From Candidatus Heimdallarchaeota archaeon (GTDB lineage: Archaea > Asgardarchaeota > Heimdallarchaeia > Hodarchaeales > Hodarchaeaceae): a DNA stretch of 64,000 nt. A model generated the notes under the pieces. The model was not told the DNA's origin. It made no database searches and worked only from the letters and a program-made list of their open reading frames with translations. The translations under genes and the position numbers were made by a program. Shown piece by piece: positions 51,617-61,679 of the stretch (position 1 is the first letter of the stretch; each line of letters starts with the position of its first letter). The DNA is taken from assembly GCA_020353515.1 (NCBI GenBank), contig CP070695.1, positions 1,864,041 through 1,928,040 of the forward strand. Direction: 5' to 3'.

Positions 51617-52924
51617 CTATGGTGTCGCACGATTAATCAAACGTGGATATAGACACGCTTCCCTAATGTGATCTAAGTTTAATAATCCTTGGACTTGTCG
51701 TTCTAATCCCAAACCAAATCCTGAATGAGGTACAGTCCCATATTTTCGCTGATCAATATACCAATAATATGGCTTTGAGTCCAATCCTTCTTCTTTCATT
51801 CGTTCCAATAAAATGTCAAGGTCATCTTCTCGTTGAGATCCTCCGATAATTTCACCAACATTGGGAATTAATAAATCAGCGGCATTCATGACTTCTGGGT
51901 TTTGGGGATTAAGTTTCATGTAAAATGGTTTCATTCCTTTTGGAAAATGTGTCAGGAAAGTAGGACTCCCGATTCTGTCCACTAGTGCCCTTTCAGGTCC
52001 TTCTGGAATCTCATCCCCATATTCTAAGTAGGTTTCAGACTCTCCTTTTATCCGATATTCTCGTAATAGGTCAATCGCTTGTTCGTAAGTTACTAGTTCA
52101 AATGGTTTAGATGGTATATCCAGTGACGGATTAAATTTCTCTAGTATCGGGGTTTCTTTCGCTTTAGTATATACATAGATGATCATATCTTCCATGAAGT
52201 CCAGTAATTCTTCGAATTCATACCATGGCATTTCGGCTTCAATATGGGTATATTCTGTCAAGTGTCTTCTTGTCCGTGATTTTTCCGCGCGGAATGAGGG
52301 TAATACGCAGAACACGTTTCCTAAACTGGGTAAAACGGTTTCTAGATATAGCTGACTCGATTGTGTCAGATAGGCCTCATGATCAAAGTACTTAAATGCA
52401 AATAACGTCGATCCACCCTCAACCTGCGTTTGAACAATGGTAGAGGGAGCCACCTCGACAAATTCTCTTTGAAAAAAGAACTCCCGAAATGCACGAGTTA
52501 TTAGATCCCGGAATCGCATAATATTAGATGCTTGTTCCCCTCGTAGCACTAAATGTCGCTTATCAAGTAGTACTTGAGGTCCAGAGTCAGGTCGAATTTC
52601 ATACTCCAATTCAGGAGAAGCATATCTAATTACAGGATCTATCTTCGTAATTTGCAGCTCAAGACCTATATATGGGGCACGGTCATCTTTCTTAACGACC
52701 CCCTCAGCTGTTACCGCGGTTTCTCGTGTTAACTTCTCGGCTTCTTTGAAAGCAACTTCACCGATTGTTTTGGATTTCACAACTGCTTGAACATACCCGC
52801 CTATGGGATCTCGAATGACTAGAAAAATCAGGCGTCCTTGCTGACGAACATGATGAAGCCATCCACGAACGTTTACGGTTTCATTGACTTTGTCCTGCAG
52901 ATTTTTAACTGGGATATATTTCAC
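51617..52924 (-). CDS. asnS: Asparagine--tRNA ligase
   Basis: VRGWLH OB fold, YLTQSSQLYLE, FRAEKSRTRRHL, GEIIGGSQRE and PHSGFGLGLER motifs. Confidence 0.96.
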   Translation of the reverse strand: MKYIPVKNLQDKVNETVNVRGWLHHVRQQGRLIFLVIRDPIGGYVQAVVKSKTIGEVAFKEAEKLTRETAVTAEGVVKKDDRAPYIGLELQITKIDPVIRYASPELEYEIRPDSGPQVLLDKRHLVLRGEQASNIMRFRDLITRAFREFFFQREFVEVAPSTIVQTQVEGGSTLFAFKYFDHEAYLTQSSQLYLETVLPSLGNVFCVLPSFRAEKSRTRRHLTEYTHIEAEMPWYEFEELLDFMEDMIIYVYTKAKETPILEKFNPSLDIPSKPFELVTYEQAIDLLREYRIKGESETYLEYGDEIPEGPERALVDRIGSPTFLTHFPKGMKPFYMKLNPQNPEVMNAADLLIPNVGEIIGGSQREDDLDILLERMKEEGLDSKPYYWYIDQRKYGTVPHSGFGLGLERQVQGLLNLDHIREACLYPRLINRATP

Positions 52925-53005
52925 TTAATGATCTCACCATGAAACGTTATGTTTCTAGCTGGATCTATCTAATTATAAAAAACAGATCATTTTTGTAAAT
53001 AATAA

Positions 53006-53830
53006 TCAAGAGGAGGAACGAACTGGTATTCTAGACCAAATAATTCCCCAAAAAATTGCTAGATATCCAATAATAAAAATTCCCCCTAGGTAAATATGTG
53101 CTTCACTCCAAACATTAGTTGGGAAATACAAACTTAGAATTATCAAGATTAGGATTCTAAATAGGTTCAATAAATAAACACCTATCATACCCACTGTCCC
53201 AAATGCTATCACATGTTCCCGTTTAAATTCCCGATTGCTTCTTGTAACGTTAACAAAGAAAATAAAACTACTTAAAAAGATTATTAACCCATAAATACCT
53301 GAACATGAATCAATAATTGATATTCGAGTGAAATTTTCAATTTGAATAGTCGTTTTATTTACCAATAATACTTCCTCTGGAGAAAAAGTGAAAAGAAATA
53401 ATATAAAGAAAACCACGAATAATGTGACTAAAGAAAATCGTTTAGAATAAGATTTCATTCTATTTAGGCTTAAAGATTGAAAAACACAAAATGATATCAA
53501 TAAAGTAAGCAAAAGAATCGAATCACTATATTTCAGCATTAGAAAGAGAACTTGAGTAGTTAATTCAGTTAAAATTTCGGTAAAGACTGTTTTTAGAATT
53601 ATCTGATCAATCCGAAATATACAAAGAATGATAATACTTGTCAGAGGATGTATAATCTGACGTTGAGCTTCTTTGAGTAAAAAAATTGCAACAACATAGG
53701 AAATAATAATCGTTAGTAATATAGTTACCCAGTCTGTTGGGAACGGTGAAATTAGTGCATAGAAGACCAAAAAACCTACGACTGTTTCATATAGAAAGAG
53801 AGATTCATATCGATTTGAGCTGCTAATCAA
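53006..53830 (-). CDS. Exosortase/archaeosortase family membrane protein
   Basis: Catalytic-type motifs IIDSCSG (Cys), LNLFRI (Arg) and EAHIYLG (His) in a multi-TM protein. Confidence 0.88.
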   Translation of the reverse strand: MISSSNRYESLFLYETVVGFLVFYALISPFPTDWVTILLTIIISYVVAIFLLKEAQRQIIHPLTSIIILCIFRIDQIILKTVFTEILTELTTQVLFLMLKYSDSILLLTLLISFCVFQSLSLNRMKSYSKRFSLVTLFVVFFILFLFTFSPEEVLLVNKTTIQIENFTRISIIDSCSGIYGLIIFLSSFIFFVNVTRSNREFKREHVIAFGTVGMIGVYLLNLFRILILIILSLYFPTNVWSEAHIYLGGIFIIGYLAIFWGIIWSRIPVRSSS

Positions 53831-53893
53831 TATAGATTAGTCCTATTTGTTTTAAAGGAAAATCCTATTAAGAAGAAAAACACATAAATGGTA

Positions 53894-54175
53894 TTATAAC
53901 TGTTTTTCTCTCTCTTCTAAATCTTTAACTCGTTTTCTCAGATAGATTAATTCTTCTTTCTCTTCTCGTCTTTTTTGTTCTATAGCCTCTCGTTCTGCAA
54001 TACCAGACTTCCCAAGATAGAATATCACTGAACCGAAAAGAAATAAGAAGGTACCTATCAAACATACAAATCCAGGTAAGACACTCCCTTGAAAGTTAGG
54101 GTTAAAATTCGATAAAAATCCAAAAAAAATCAGTAAGGGACTCATGATCATTAACATAATCCCACCAACATACAT
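53894..54175 (-). CDS. Small 2-TM protein with a C-terminal coiled coil
   Basis: Two hydrophobic helices followed by a charged E/K/R-rich helix. Confidence 0.65.
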   Translation of the reverse strand: MYVGGIMLMIMSPLLIFFGFLSNFNPNFQGSVLPGFVCLIGTFLFLFGSVIFYLGKSGIAEREAIEQKRREEKEELIYLRKRVKDLEEREKQL

Positions 54176-54490
54176 CTATCAGCTAGATCAAAATCCATTA
54201 CTCATGCCTCGTATTAACCCCTAAGTGACCGAAAGTCTTAATGTATGGCTAAATACTGGAATTAAAATATAAATAGATTTGCTTTGGCGAACTCAACTAT
54301 TTTCAATATTGATTATCACTTAAGTTCATAAGCTCCTTGATCTTCAATAAATTCTTAGGAAATGAAATATTTATAGTATTAAGAAACATTAATCAATAAT
54401 TCGTCTAGATGATTTTATAAGAGAAAATTCCCTTTAATTTAGTTAGAATTTCTTTTATATTCCACACAATATGGTAATCAAGGGAACACA

Positions 54491-55027
54491 ATGGTGCATT
54501 ATAGTTGTAAAATTGTCATGCTGGGAGAAGGATCAGTTGGAAAGACCTCCCTCATTCGTAGGTACATTCAACACACATTTACACACGATTATATTACAAC
54601 GATTGGTAGTAATTTTCTTATAAAAAAATTACAGCTTGAGGAGGGAATAAATATGACTATGCAAGTCTGGGATATTTCTGGGCAAGATACTTTTAGAACC
54701 ATCCGAAAGCAGTACTATCTTTATGCTCGAGGGGGAATAATGGTTTTCGATCTTACAAGACCTTCAACCTTCCACGAATTAGAAAAATGGTATGCAGATT
54801 TTACACAAAGAGTGGGAAAAGTCCCTTTAATGCTATTTGGAAATAAATCTGATTTAAGAGATCAAATTGGTGTTCAAAGAGAAGAGGGAAAGGCATTAGC
54901 AAAAAAATTTAACGCTCCCTACTACGAAACATCTGCCCTTGATGGAACTGGTGTTGAACCTGGATTTCTCGAACTAGCTTTGAGAATTGTAGCCCATATC
55001 AAGTCACAACCAAAGAAATTTGCCTAA
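54491..55027 (+). CDS. Rab-like small GTPase
   Basis: G1 GEGSVGKTS, G2 TIG, G3 WDISGQ, G4 NKSD and G5 ETSAL; no C-terminal Cys. Confidence 0.95.
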   Translation: MVHYSCKIVMLGEGSVGKTSLIRRYIQHTFTHDYITTIGSNFLIKKLQLEEGINMTMQVWDISGQDTFRTIRKQYYLYARGGIMVFDLTRPSTFHELEKWYADFTQRVGKVPLMLFGNKSDLRDQIGVQREEGKALAKKFNAPYYETSALDGTGVEPGFLELALRIVAHIKSQPKKFA

Positions 55028-55221
55028 CCATAATTTTGTAAAGTGATGTCTTCCTGATCGTACCATCTCTTTTATGAACTCCAAGAATTATTGATTCCTC
55101 TTTTTATTAGCTGAATGGACAAATTTCACTTTTCCCCAAGGTTCTACACTCGGTTCACCTGAAAAATTATTAGAAATTCTTTAAAACACTAGGTATAAAT
55201 AGTATATCGAAAAGCTATATC

Positions 55222-55461
55222 TTGATATACTCAGAGATGATGGAGTCAAGAAATGTGTCTAGACGGGATGAACCTCTATTAATTTTCACAACTAAAGTCT
55301 CTCGGTGCGCAAACGGTTACCACTTAAAGATAAGAAAAAAGGATGTCGAGCTACTTAACTTGGCTGGACAAATGGTCAAGATCAAAGTTTATAAGGTAAC
55401 TACAGGTGAAGAAGAGGAGGAAGAAATAAAAGATCCATATGACGTCTTAATTTCAACTTAG
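55222..55461 (+). CDS. Small AbrB-like (swapped-hairpin) protein
   Basis: TKVSRCANGYHLKIRKKDVELLNLAGQMVKIKV pattern with an acidic tail. The start may be a downstream ATG. Confidence 0.6.
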   Translation: MIYSEMMESRNVSRRDEPLLIFTTKVSRCANGYHLKIRKKDVELLNLAGQMVKIKVYKVTTGEEEEEEIKDPYDVLIST

Positions 55462-55653
55462 ATGCATTATTAGTTTTTTTTTCTTATTAAATTGATAATT
55501 CAGCACACATCCTCTTCTAAGTGTTATTTCGGTATGTTTTTATTTAGGTCACCAATCCTCGTTTATATGATAAGGTTTAAAATCTGGGCTTAAATTTTGA
55601 TGTCGGGTTTCTTTGAAAACTGATTTAAGTCAGCGAAATTTGAGTTGTTGTGA

Positions 55654-56406
55654 TTGTCACTTAATGTGAAACCTACAGGGATAAAAGGTCTTGATGAAAT
55701 CTTAGGAGGAGGTATTCCTGCAGGATGGTTCGTTGCCATGAGAGGAGGGGCTGGAGTAGGAAAAACAACATTAGGTGTGCAATTCCTATTAGAAGGTATC
55801 CTTCAGTATCATGAACCTGGATTATTGGTAACGTTCAATGAGCCGTTATTAGCTCTACATGCCATCATGCGGAATTATGGCTGGGATTTATTAAGTCTCC
55901 AACAGATGGGTGAATTAACAATTCTTGATTTCAGTTCAACTGAGATGGGGATTATGCAACAAGCGAGTCGTCTTCGGGAGGCATCATTGGATTATATCAC
56001 TCAAAGGATAATTGATGCAGTACGTAATACTGGAGTTAACCGCTTGGTTATTGACCCTTTGAACACATTCTCACTTCTTTTTAGAGATCTATTTGAAGTT
56101 CGGAAAGAGCTTCATCGAGTCATTGGTATTCTCTGGGAAGAAAAGTGTACAACATTAGCTGTTTATGAATCCACGGGTGAGATCGTCCATGATACAAAAT
56201 ATCCTCAATTTTCAACAGAGGATTTTCTGGCTTATGGAGTTATTCATCTTCAATATATTACTGTTCACTCTGTGAGAGAACGGGGTATTGAGATTTTAAA
56301 AATGCGAGGGATGCCTCATTCTAAAAAGATCCACCCATTTGATATTACAAAAAAGGGTATTAAAATTGATGTGAAAAATCCAATAGATTTCTCAGAAATC
56401 TCTTGA
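55654..56406 (+). CDS. Single-domain KaiC/RAD55-like ATPase
   Basis: TGIKGLDEILGGGIP, GGAGVGKT, RLVID and EILKMRG motifs. Confidence 0.93.
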   Translation: MSLNVKPTGIKGLDEILGGGIPAGWFVAMRGGAGVGKTTLGVQFLLEGILQYHEPGLLVTFNEPLLALHAIMRNYGWDLLSLQQMGELTILDFSSTEMGIMQQASRLREASLDYITQRIIDAVRNTGVNRLVIDPLNTFSLLFRDLFEVRKELHRVIGILWEEKCTTLAVYESTGEIVHDTKYPQFSTEDFLAYGVIHLQYITVHSVRERGIEILKMRGMPHSKKIHPFDITKKGIKIDVKNPIDFSEIS

Positions 56407-56439
56407 GGTATAACTTCGAAAAAACTTCTTGAATGATTT

Positions 56440-57210
56440 GTGACACATATGAAGAAATGGCGGCTATTAAATTTCTCTGTACATCAAGCCTCCATGAATA
56501 TGGCGATAGATGAAGCAATTTTCCGGAATTTTGAAGAGGAAAATACTCTTCGTTTATATGGTTGGAAACCTAGTGCTGTTTCGATTGGAAAAAATCAATG
56601 TATTGAAGAAGAGGTTGATCTAGATTCAATCCATAGACTTGGTTTTGATTGTGTCAGACGAATCTCTGGAGGGGGAGCTGTATTTCATGATGAAGTTGGG
56701 GAATTAACCTATAGTATTATTACAAACCTTCAGAATTTTAAAATACAGACAATCGAAGCAGTATATTACGAGATATCAAGAATTATTTTCCAGCCTCTTG
56801 AAAAAATCGGTCTAAACCTTGATTATGGGCAGATCCATTGTCCTTCCGTTTTTTGTGGTGGTAAGAAAATCTCTGGTAATGCTCAAGCCCGTGATGGAAA
56901 TGTTGTCTTACAACATGGCACCATTCTAGTGAAATATCGTCCTGAGATTATGTACTCAGTTTTAAGAGCTCGTCCAGGAAGAACACAAAAAAGTATGGTT
57001 GAATCTGTGTACCAACACATAACCACCCTCACAAATCTCTTGAAGAAGGACATCACCCCCCAAGAATTGGCAGAATACCTACTCAATTCTTTAGCGGAAA
57101 CTGATCCCCTCCAACACATCTCTGGAGAATTAACTTCAGAGGAAAAACAATTAGCTTTAGAATTAGCTTCGACTAAATATGGATCTAAAGAATGGTTGTA
57201 TTCAAGGTGA
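56440..57210 (+). CDS. lplA: Lipoate-protein ligase family protein (catalytic domain)
   Basis: NMAIDEA, LRLYGW, VRRISGGGAVFHD, KKISGNAQ and LQHGT motifs. Confidence 0.92.
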   Translation: MTHMKKWRLLNFSVHQASMNMAIDEAIFRNFEEENTLRLYGWKPSAVSIGKNQCIEEEVDLDSIHRLGFDCVRRISGGGAVFHDEVGELTYSIITNLQNFKIQTIEAVYYEISRIIFQPLEKIGLNLDYGQIHCPSVFCGGKKISGNAQARDGNVVLQHGTILVKYRPEIMYSVLRARPGRTQKSMVESVYQHITTLTNLLKKDITPQELAEYLLNSLAETDPLQHISGELTSEEKQLALELASTKYGSKEWLYSR

Positions 57211-58158
57211 ACCAAAAACAACATTAGTAGAAAATTCACGATTCAAGAAATCAATTATAAAATTCTTTGGAAAACGTATTTTTCCATCTTTCTGAAATAA
57301 CGAGAGCTTTTCAGCAAAAGCTGTTTCAACATAGGTTAAAACTGACTCTGCAATGACACGGGTGACACCAAGATCAGACTCTTTGTCAGTAATTATAGCA
57401 CATAATACCCCCTCACGCTTAACCATTAAAATAGAATGATTTAAAGTATTTAATGATTGTAATCCCTCAGTAGGCCCCATCATTCCACTTGTAAATTGAT
57501 CAAATGCATTTAAAAACCCTGGAATCATATCAAGATCAAGACCATTCGTATTTCCATTGGTGAATAGGTATGAAGCAATCGGAATTCCAGTCGGGAGGTA
57601 GAGATAGAAACCAAGTAACTTAATTTGACTATCCCCAATATTCGTGGCAGTTTTCTGTGCAAACCAAGAAAGTGCTTCATCAAGATTTGTTCCAAGTTTA
57701 ATCGAAACTTTAAAGATTCGAAATGAACGATTTGGATTTTGGATGGGAAGCTGAGGTAATCTAATTTTGTCAATTAATTTTTCTAAGCCAACGTGATTTA
57801 GATCGGATTTGTTTGCTAATATTAAAAGTGGAGCTTCTATATTCCAATCTAAACACTTCCAAAGCCAGTCGACTACTTCATCGAATTTTTCTGTATCATT
57901 GGTATCAATGACAAAGATAATCCCTTGGGATAGCTGAATATAATTCTTCCAAAACAGTTGTCTGAAATGTTGATGACCACCTAAGTCAAAAAGTTGGAAA
58001 ATATTTCCCTTCATTTCTATTACTTCGACATCTAGTCCTGCAGTTGGAAGTGTTTGGTGATACCTGCCAGTTTGGAGGCGGACACTTAGAGTGGTTTTCC
58101 CTGCGTTCTCTAATCCTACAATAGCTATCGGAATGCGCCTTTCGGAATGCGTATTCAA
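57202..58158 (-). CDS. Arf/Sar-like GTPase with a C-terminal longin-like domain
   Basis: GLENAGKTT, PTAG, FDLGGH and NKSD; the C-terminus GFYLYLPTGIPI...IPGFLNAFDQF fits an Asgard longin pattern. Confidence 0.9.
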   Translation of the reverse strand: MNTHSERRIPIAIVGLENAGKTTLSVRLQTGRYHQTLPTAGLDVEVIEMKGNIFQLFDLGGHQHFRQLFWKNYIQLSQGIIFVIDTNDTEKFDEVVDWLWKCLDWNIEAPLLILANKSDLNHVGLEKLIDKIRLPQLPIQNPNRSFRIFKVSIKLGTNLDEALSWFAQKTATNIGDSQIKLLGFYLYLPTGIPIASYLFTNGNTNGLDLDMIPGFLNAFDQFTSGMMGPTEGLQSLNTLNHSILMVKREGVLCAIITDKESDLGVTRVIAESVLTYVETAFAEKLSLFQKDGKIRFPKNFIIDFLNREFSTNVVFGSP

Positions 58159-58377
58159 CAGATTTCAGACTCTTACTTAGAGATGAGATATAGTATTTAC
58201 ATAGTATTTTCCCTAGTAATATATAAGATATCTCATTTACTTTTTTTTAAAATGTATTTTAGTAGAAATTTAATACCCAATAAGCCTTAAAAATAGTTCT
58301 TATGTTATAGAAAAGTCTATACTATTATTCAACAATCTCCCTATATTATCTGTAAACATTCTAACTATCCATTAATA

Positions 58378-59760
58378 TTAACTACTTGTTAGGTAGTTTT
58401 CTACTAATTTCCTAGCAAAATCGATCAGATTCCCTTGTCTCTCGGGATTTGCATTTGGGTCAAATATTTCAATTTGTAGTGTGTTTAATTCCGTTGCCAA
58501 ATGGAAGTGAATCCATTCATTAGCTTCTGTAATTAATTTAATGCCAACGAAGGTATCAATTGCATAATAACCAGTAGGAGGATGATTGAGAGTTGATGTG
58601 AAGAATTCCAACATTTTATTAACTGGAAAAGTGATTTCTGCTAATCTCTGTGGAAAAGTTTGATGTTTTCGATATAGATCCGTAGATTTAACCTGTTCAC
58701 GTGCCATTTGTGTTAAGACAGTTAATGAAGCTACAATTCCATCAGATCCAGGAGCAAAAACTGGTAAAATAAATAGTCCTGTATCATTAAAACCATAAAT
58801 TGCTCGATTTTCTAGTACATTCCTTGCTAAAGCTCCAGGTTCTCCGTGGCCTGAAAAAAGAATATTCTTTTCTAGATGACTATAAACCGATGGATGCACA
58901 GTACTACCCACTACAACTGTTGCATGAGGATCGGGATCATACCTAGAATGCAGATTCACTGAAGCTGTTTCCTCTGCTGTTCGAATTCGTCCTTGACTAT
59001 CAACAATAATAGCGTGTCTAGCTTCAGCATCTAATGCAATTCCTAAATCTGCTCCAATCGTACCAACTATTTCCTTCAACCGAAGAAGAGATTGAGGATT
59101 TGGTAAAAATAACGGATTACGAGGACGATGTGCATTAAGAGTAATAACCTCACAGCCAAATTCACTTAGTAAATCAGGCATTATGAGCGATATTGGTCCG
59201 CACGCACAATCTATAACAACTCGGAGTTTAGCTTCCTCCATTGCCTTTTTACTATCATCAAAAAATCCTACAAGAGCACGATCATAAATCTTCATAGCAT
59301 CAGTAACACTGATCCATCCAACTTCAGTAGGCTTGGCACGCCTAATTTCTCGATTCTTGGCAATCTCAACTACTTTTTCAGTTCTTTTTCTTTCATATTC
59401 AATTCCTGTTAAGTCAAAAAGCTTAATTGAAACCATTCCAGCAAGATTATGGCTCCTTGTGATCATAACTCCCGCATCTGCACCAAAGCGCCTTACTGCA
59501 AACTGCAAAACGCTTGTGGGTACTGCTCGAAGATCGATTAACTCCACTCCACTTGCCATTAAACCACCTGAAAAAGCTCGTTTCAGCATTCTAGAGTCAC
59601 GACGATAGTCTCTACCCACCATTACGACAGCTTGTGGATCTAATAATGTTCCTGCAGCCCCCCCAAGTAGTGTAGCTAATTCAGGAGTTAATTCTGTGTT
59701 TGAGAAGGCCATAATTCTCCCCCATTTTACATAAGATTCCTTTTCGGTCGTCATTTTCAT
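58378..59760 (-). CDS. Phosphohexomutase (PMM/PGM)-like protein with a degenerate metal-binding loop
   Basis: VGRDYR, ITRSHN and VVIDCACG are present, but DAEARH replaces DxDxDR. Confidence 0.85.
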   Translation of the reverse strand: MKMTTEKESYVKWGRIMAFSNTELTPELATLLGGAAGTLLDPQAVVMVGRDYRRDSRMLKRAFSGGLMASGVELIDLRAVPTSVLQFAVRRFGADAGVMITRSHNLAGMVSIKLFDLTGIEYERKRTEKVVEIAKNREIRRAKPTEVGWISVTDAMKIYDRALVGFFDDSKKAMEEAKLRVVIDCACGPISLIMPDLLSEFGCEVITLNAHRPRNPLFLPNPQSLLRLKEIVGTIGADLGIALDAEARHAIIVDSQGRIRTAEETASVNLHSRYDPDPHATVVVGSTVHPSVYSHLEKNILFSGHGEPGALARNVLENRAIYGFNDTGLFILPVFAPGSDGIVASLTVLTQMAREQVKSTDLYRKHQTFPQRLAEITFPVNKMLEFFTSTLNHPPTGYYAIDTFVGIKLITEANEWIHFHLATELNTLQIEIFDPNANPERQGNLIDFARKLVENYLTSS

Positions 59761-59789
59761 AATAACCTTATTTTAATAAACATATTATA

Positions 59790-60947
59790 CTAAATTGTGG
59801 AAATATCTTTTATGATTTGCCCTTTTGTGGTCATTAATGGTTTTTTAGCCTGTATATTAGGACCTATAACTGTTCCTGGGGCTAATTTTGAATTACTTGG
59901 TATAACTACGTCATTACAAATCACAGATTCTTTAATATTCACATTGTTACCAATTTTCACATGATCCCAAACAACAGAGGAATTAATTGAAGTGTTTTCT
60001 CCAATAATTACTTCATCACCAAGCACAGTCTGGGAACCGATAATAGTGCCCTTGTTTACTTCTACTGCCGATCCTATCGCTGCTGGTGGTTCAATTCGAG
60101 CTCCTGGTGCAAGTTCCACTTTAGGATCACTCCACCAGATACTATTTTCCTCAAAAGCTGCTTTGGGAAAATAAGGAAAAGCCCAGCGTCTTAACACATC
60201 CCAATTTGTGTACAAATAAGTCTGCGGATTCCCTGCATCCATCCAATAGTAATTCCTCACATAACCAAAAATTCCATATTCACGTGCAAGATAAGGAAAT
60301 ACATGCTTTCCGAAGTCCATTAAGTCATGTACAGTATCTAAGATATCTAGCACCCCATGTTTAAACGCGTATATTCCTGTGTTCACTAAATTTGACTGTA
60401 GATGAATAGTTTCTTTTTTTGAAAATGTCAGAACTGCTAATCCTAATTCTTCAGGATGGGGTTTCTCAAGAAAGAGTAAGATTCGCGAATTTTGATTAAG
60501 CATTATTACACCAAAAGCACGTGGATAAGGGATGTCTTTTAGTGTAATGCTTGCAATACCCTTCTTTTTTAGGTGAAATTCCATAAAATCGCTTACAGAA
60601 AGATTTGTAATAATATCAGCCATTGAAACAATAAATTGATCTGTATCAATGTAATTAGATGCCTTTCTCACTGCATCAGCAGTATCTAAGGGATCAATTC
60701 TAGGGAGGATGATATCTAAATCATCAAAATGATCATTTTGAGAAAAATAGTCGCGAATCTGTTGATGAAGGTACCTTGTAATAATAATTATTTTTCCTGT
60801 TATTCCTGCGTTCTTAAGCAGTTCCAAGTTATAGTCAATCATTGGTTTGTTTGCAACTGGTACCATAGGTTTAGGACAATTAGTAGTCAAGGGTTGAAGT
60901 CTTGAACCTACTCCCCCTGCTAGCACAATAGCACTCCAATCGTCCAT
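59790..60947 (-). CDS. NDP-sugar synthase (mannose-1-phosphate guanylyltransferase-like) with left-handed beta-helix
   Basis: LAGGVGSRLQPLT, PKPMVP, FLEKP, DFGKHVFP and YWMDAG motifs, plus hexapeptide repeats. Confidence 0.93.
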   Translation of the reverse strand: MDDWSAIVLAGGVGSRLQPLTTNCPKPMVPVANKPMIDYNLELLKNAGITGKIIIITRYLHQQIRDYFSQNDHFDDLDIILPRIDPLDTADAVRKASNYIDTDQFIVSMADIITNLSVSDFMEFHLKKKGIASITLKDIPYPRAFGVIMLNQNSRILLFLEKPHPEELGLAVLTFSKKETIHLQSNLVNTGIYAFKHGVLDILDTVHDLMDFGKHVFPYLAREYGIFGYVRNYYWMDAGNPQTYLYTNWDVLRRWAFPYFPKAAFEENSIWWSDPKVELAPGARIEPPAAIGSAVEVNKGTIIGSQTVLGDEVIIGENTSINSSVVWDHVKIGNNVNIKESVICNDVVIPSNSKLAPGTVIGPNIQAKKPLMTTKGQIIKDISTI

Positions 60948-61200
60948 TTTTTATTAGACTCCAATTTTACTAAATTCTAGATAAATAAAACTTACTTTTG
61001 ACCATTATTAGTTGGTTATGACATGTCAAACTTAAATTATTTTTCTCGAATATCGTTAGATGTTTTATTTTTAACTTATTCAAAATGAAAACAAAGACCA
61101 TCTCCCTTAAAGAAAGAAACAGAAATTACATCAATCTTAATATTTTCTATAAAAAAATCGATAAATTTTCGTTTAAATTTTCTTTTGGACAAGAATTTAA

Positions 61201-61398
61201 TTATATATTTTTGCGGAAATAAATTCGCCAGTGATGTTGGCATAGGCGTTCCTCGCAACTTGAGCAATTTGCCTTGCCTTGTTTCTTTATATAACAAACA
61301 AATTTATTGCATAACGCTAATTCATTACACAAATGACAAACTTTATCCCTCTTTTTTTCTAGGGGAGCACTAAATTTTAGTTTCTTTGAAGATATCAA
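61201..61398 (-). CDS. Small Cys/His-rich putative zinc-finger protein
   Basis: CHLC...C...C...CSSC...LCQHH within 65 aa; the best of three overlapping short ORFs. Confidence 0.5.
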   Translation of the reverse strand: MISSKKLKFSAPLEKKRDKVCHLCNELALCNKFVCYIKKQGKANCSSCEERLCQHHWRIYFRKNI

Positions 61399-61679
61399 TT
61401 TAAATCACTTTAATTCAATTGAAAGACACAAAAGAAAGAAGTAAATTCATGGAAGTGTGTCAAGCTTCCCCCATGACCGTTCTTTTTCTCTGCTCTTACA
61501 TTTTGAGAAGTCTTTTTTACTGGTTTTAAGATTTTCTACTATAAAATAATGTTCACTAAGTTAAATAAGAATATTCGATTCTAGAATGCTACTTCTTACT
61601 TTGTACATATTAACTGAAAAAAACAGTTTTAAAACATCATGATGATAAGAGAGTACAAACCTTATTGTGGTTGTAATGT

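Noticed and set aside
61076-61373. ORFs 61076-61297 (-) and 61185-61373 (+)
   Set aside because: They overlap the Cys-patterned ORF, have low-complexity AT-rich composition and show no motifs.
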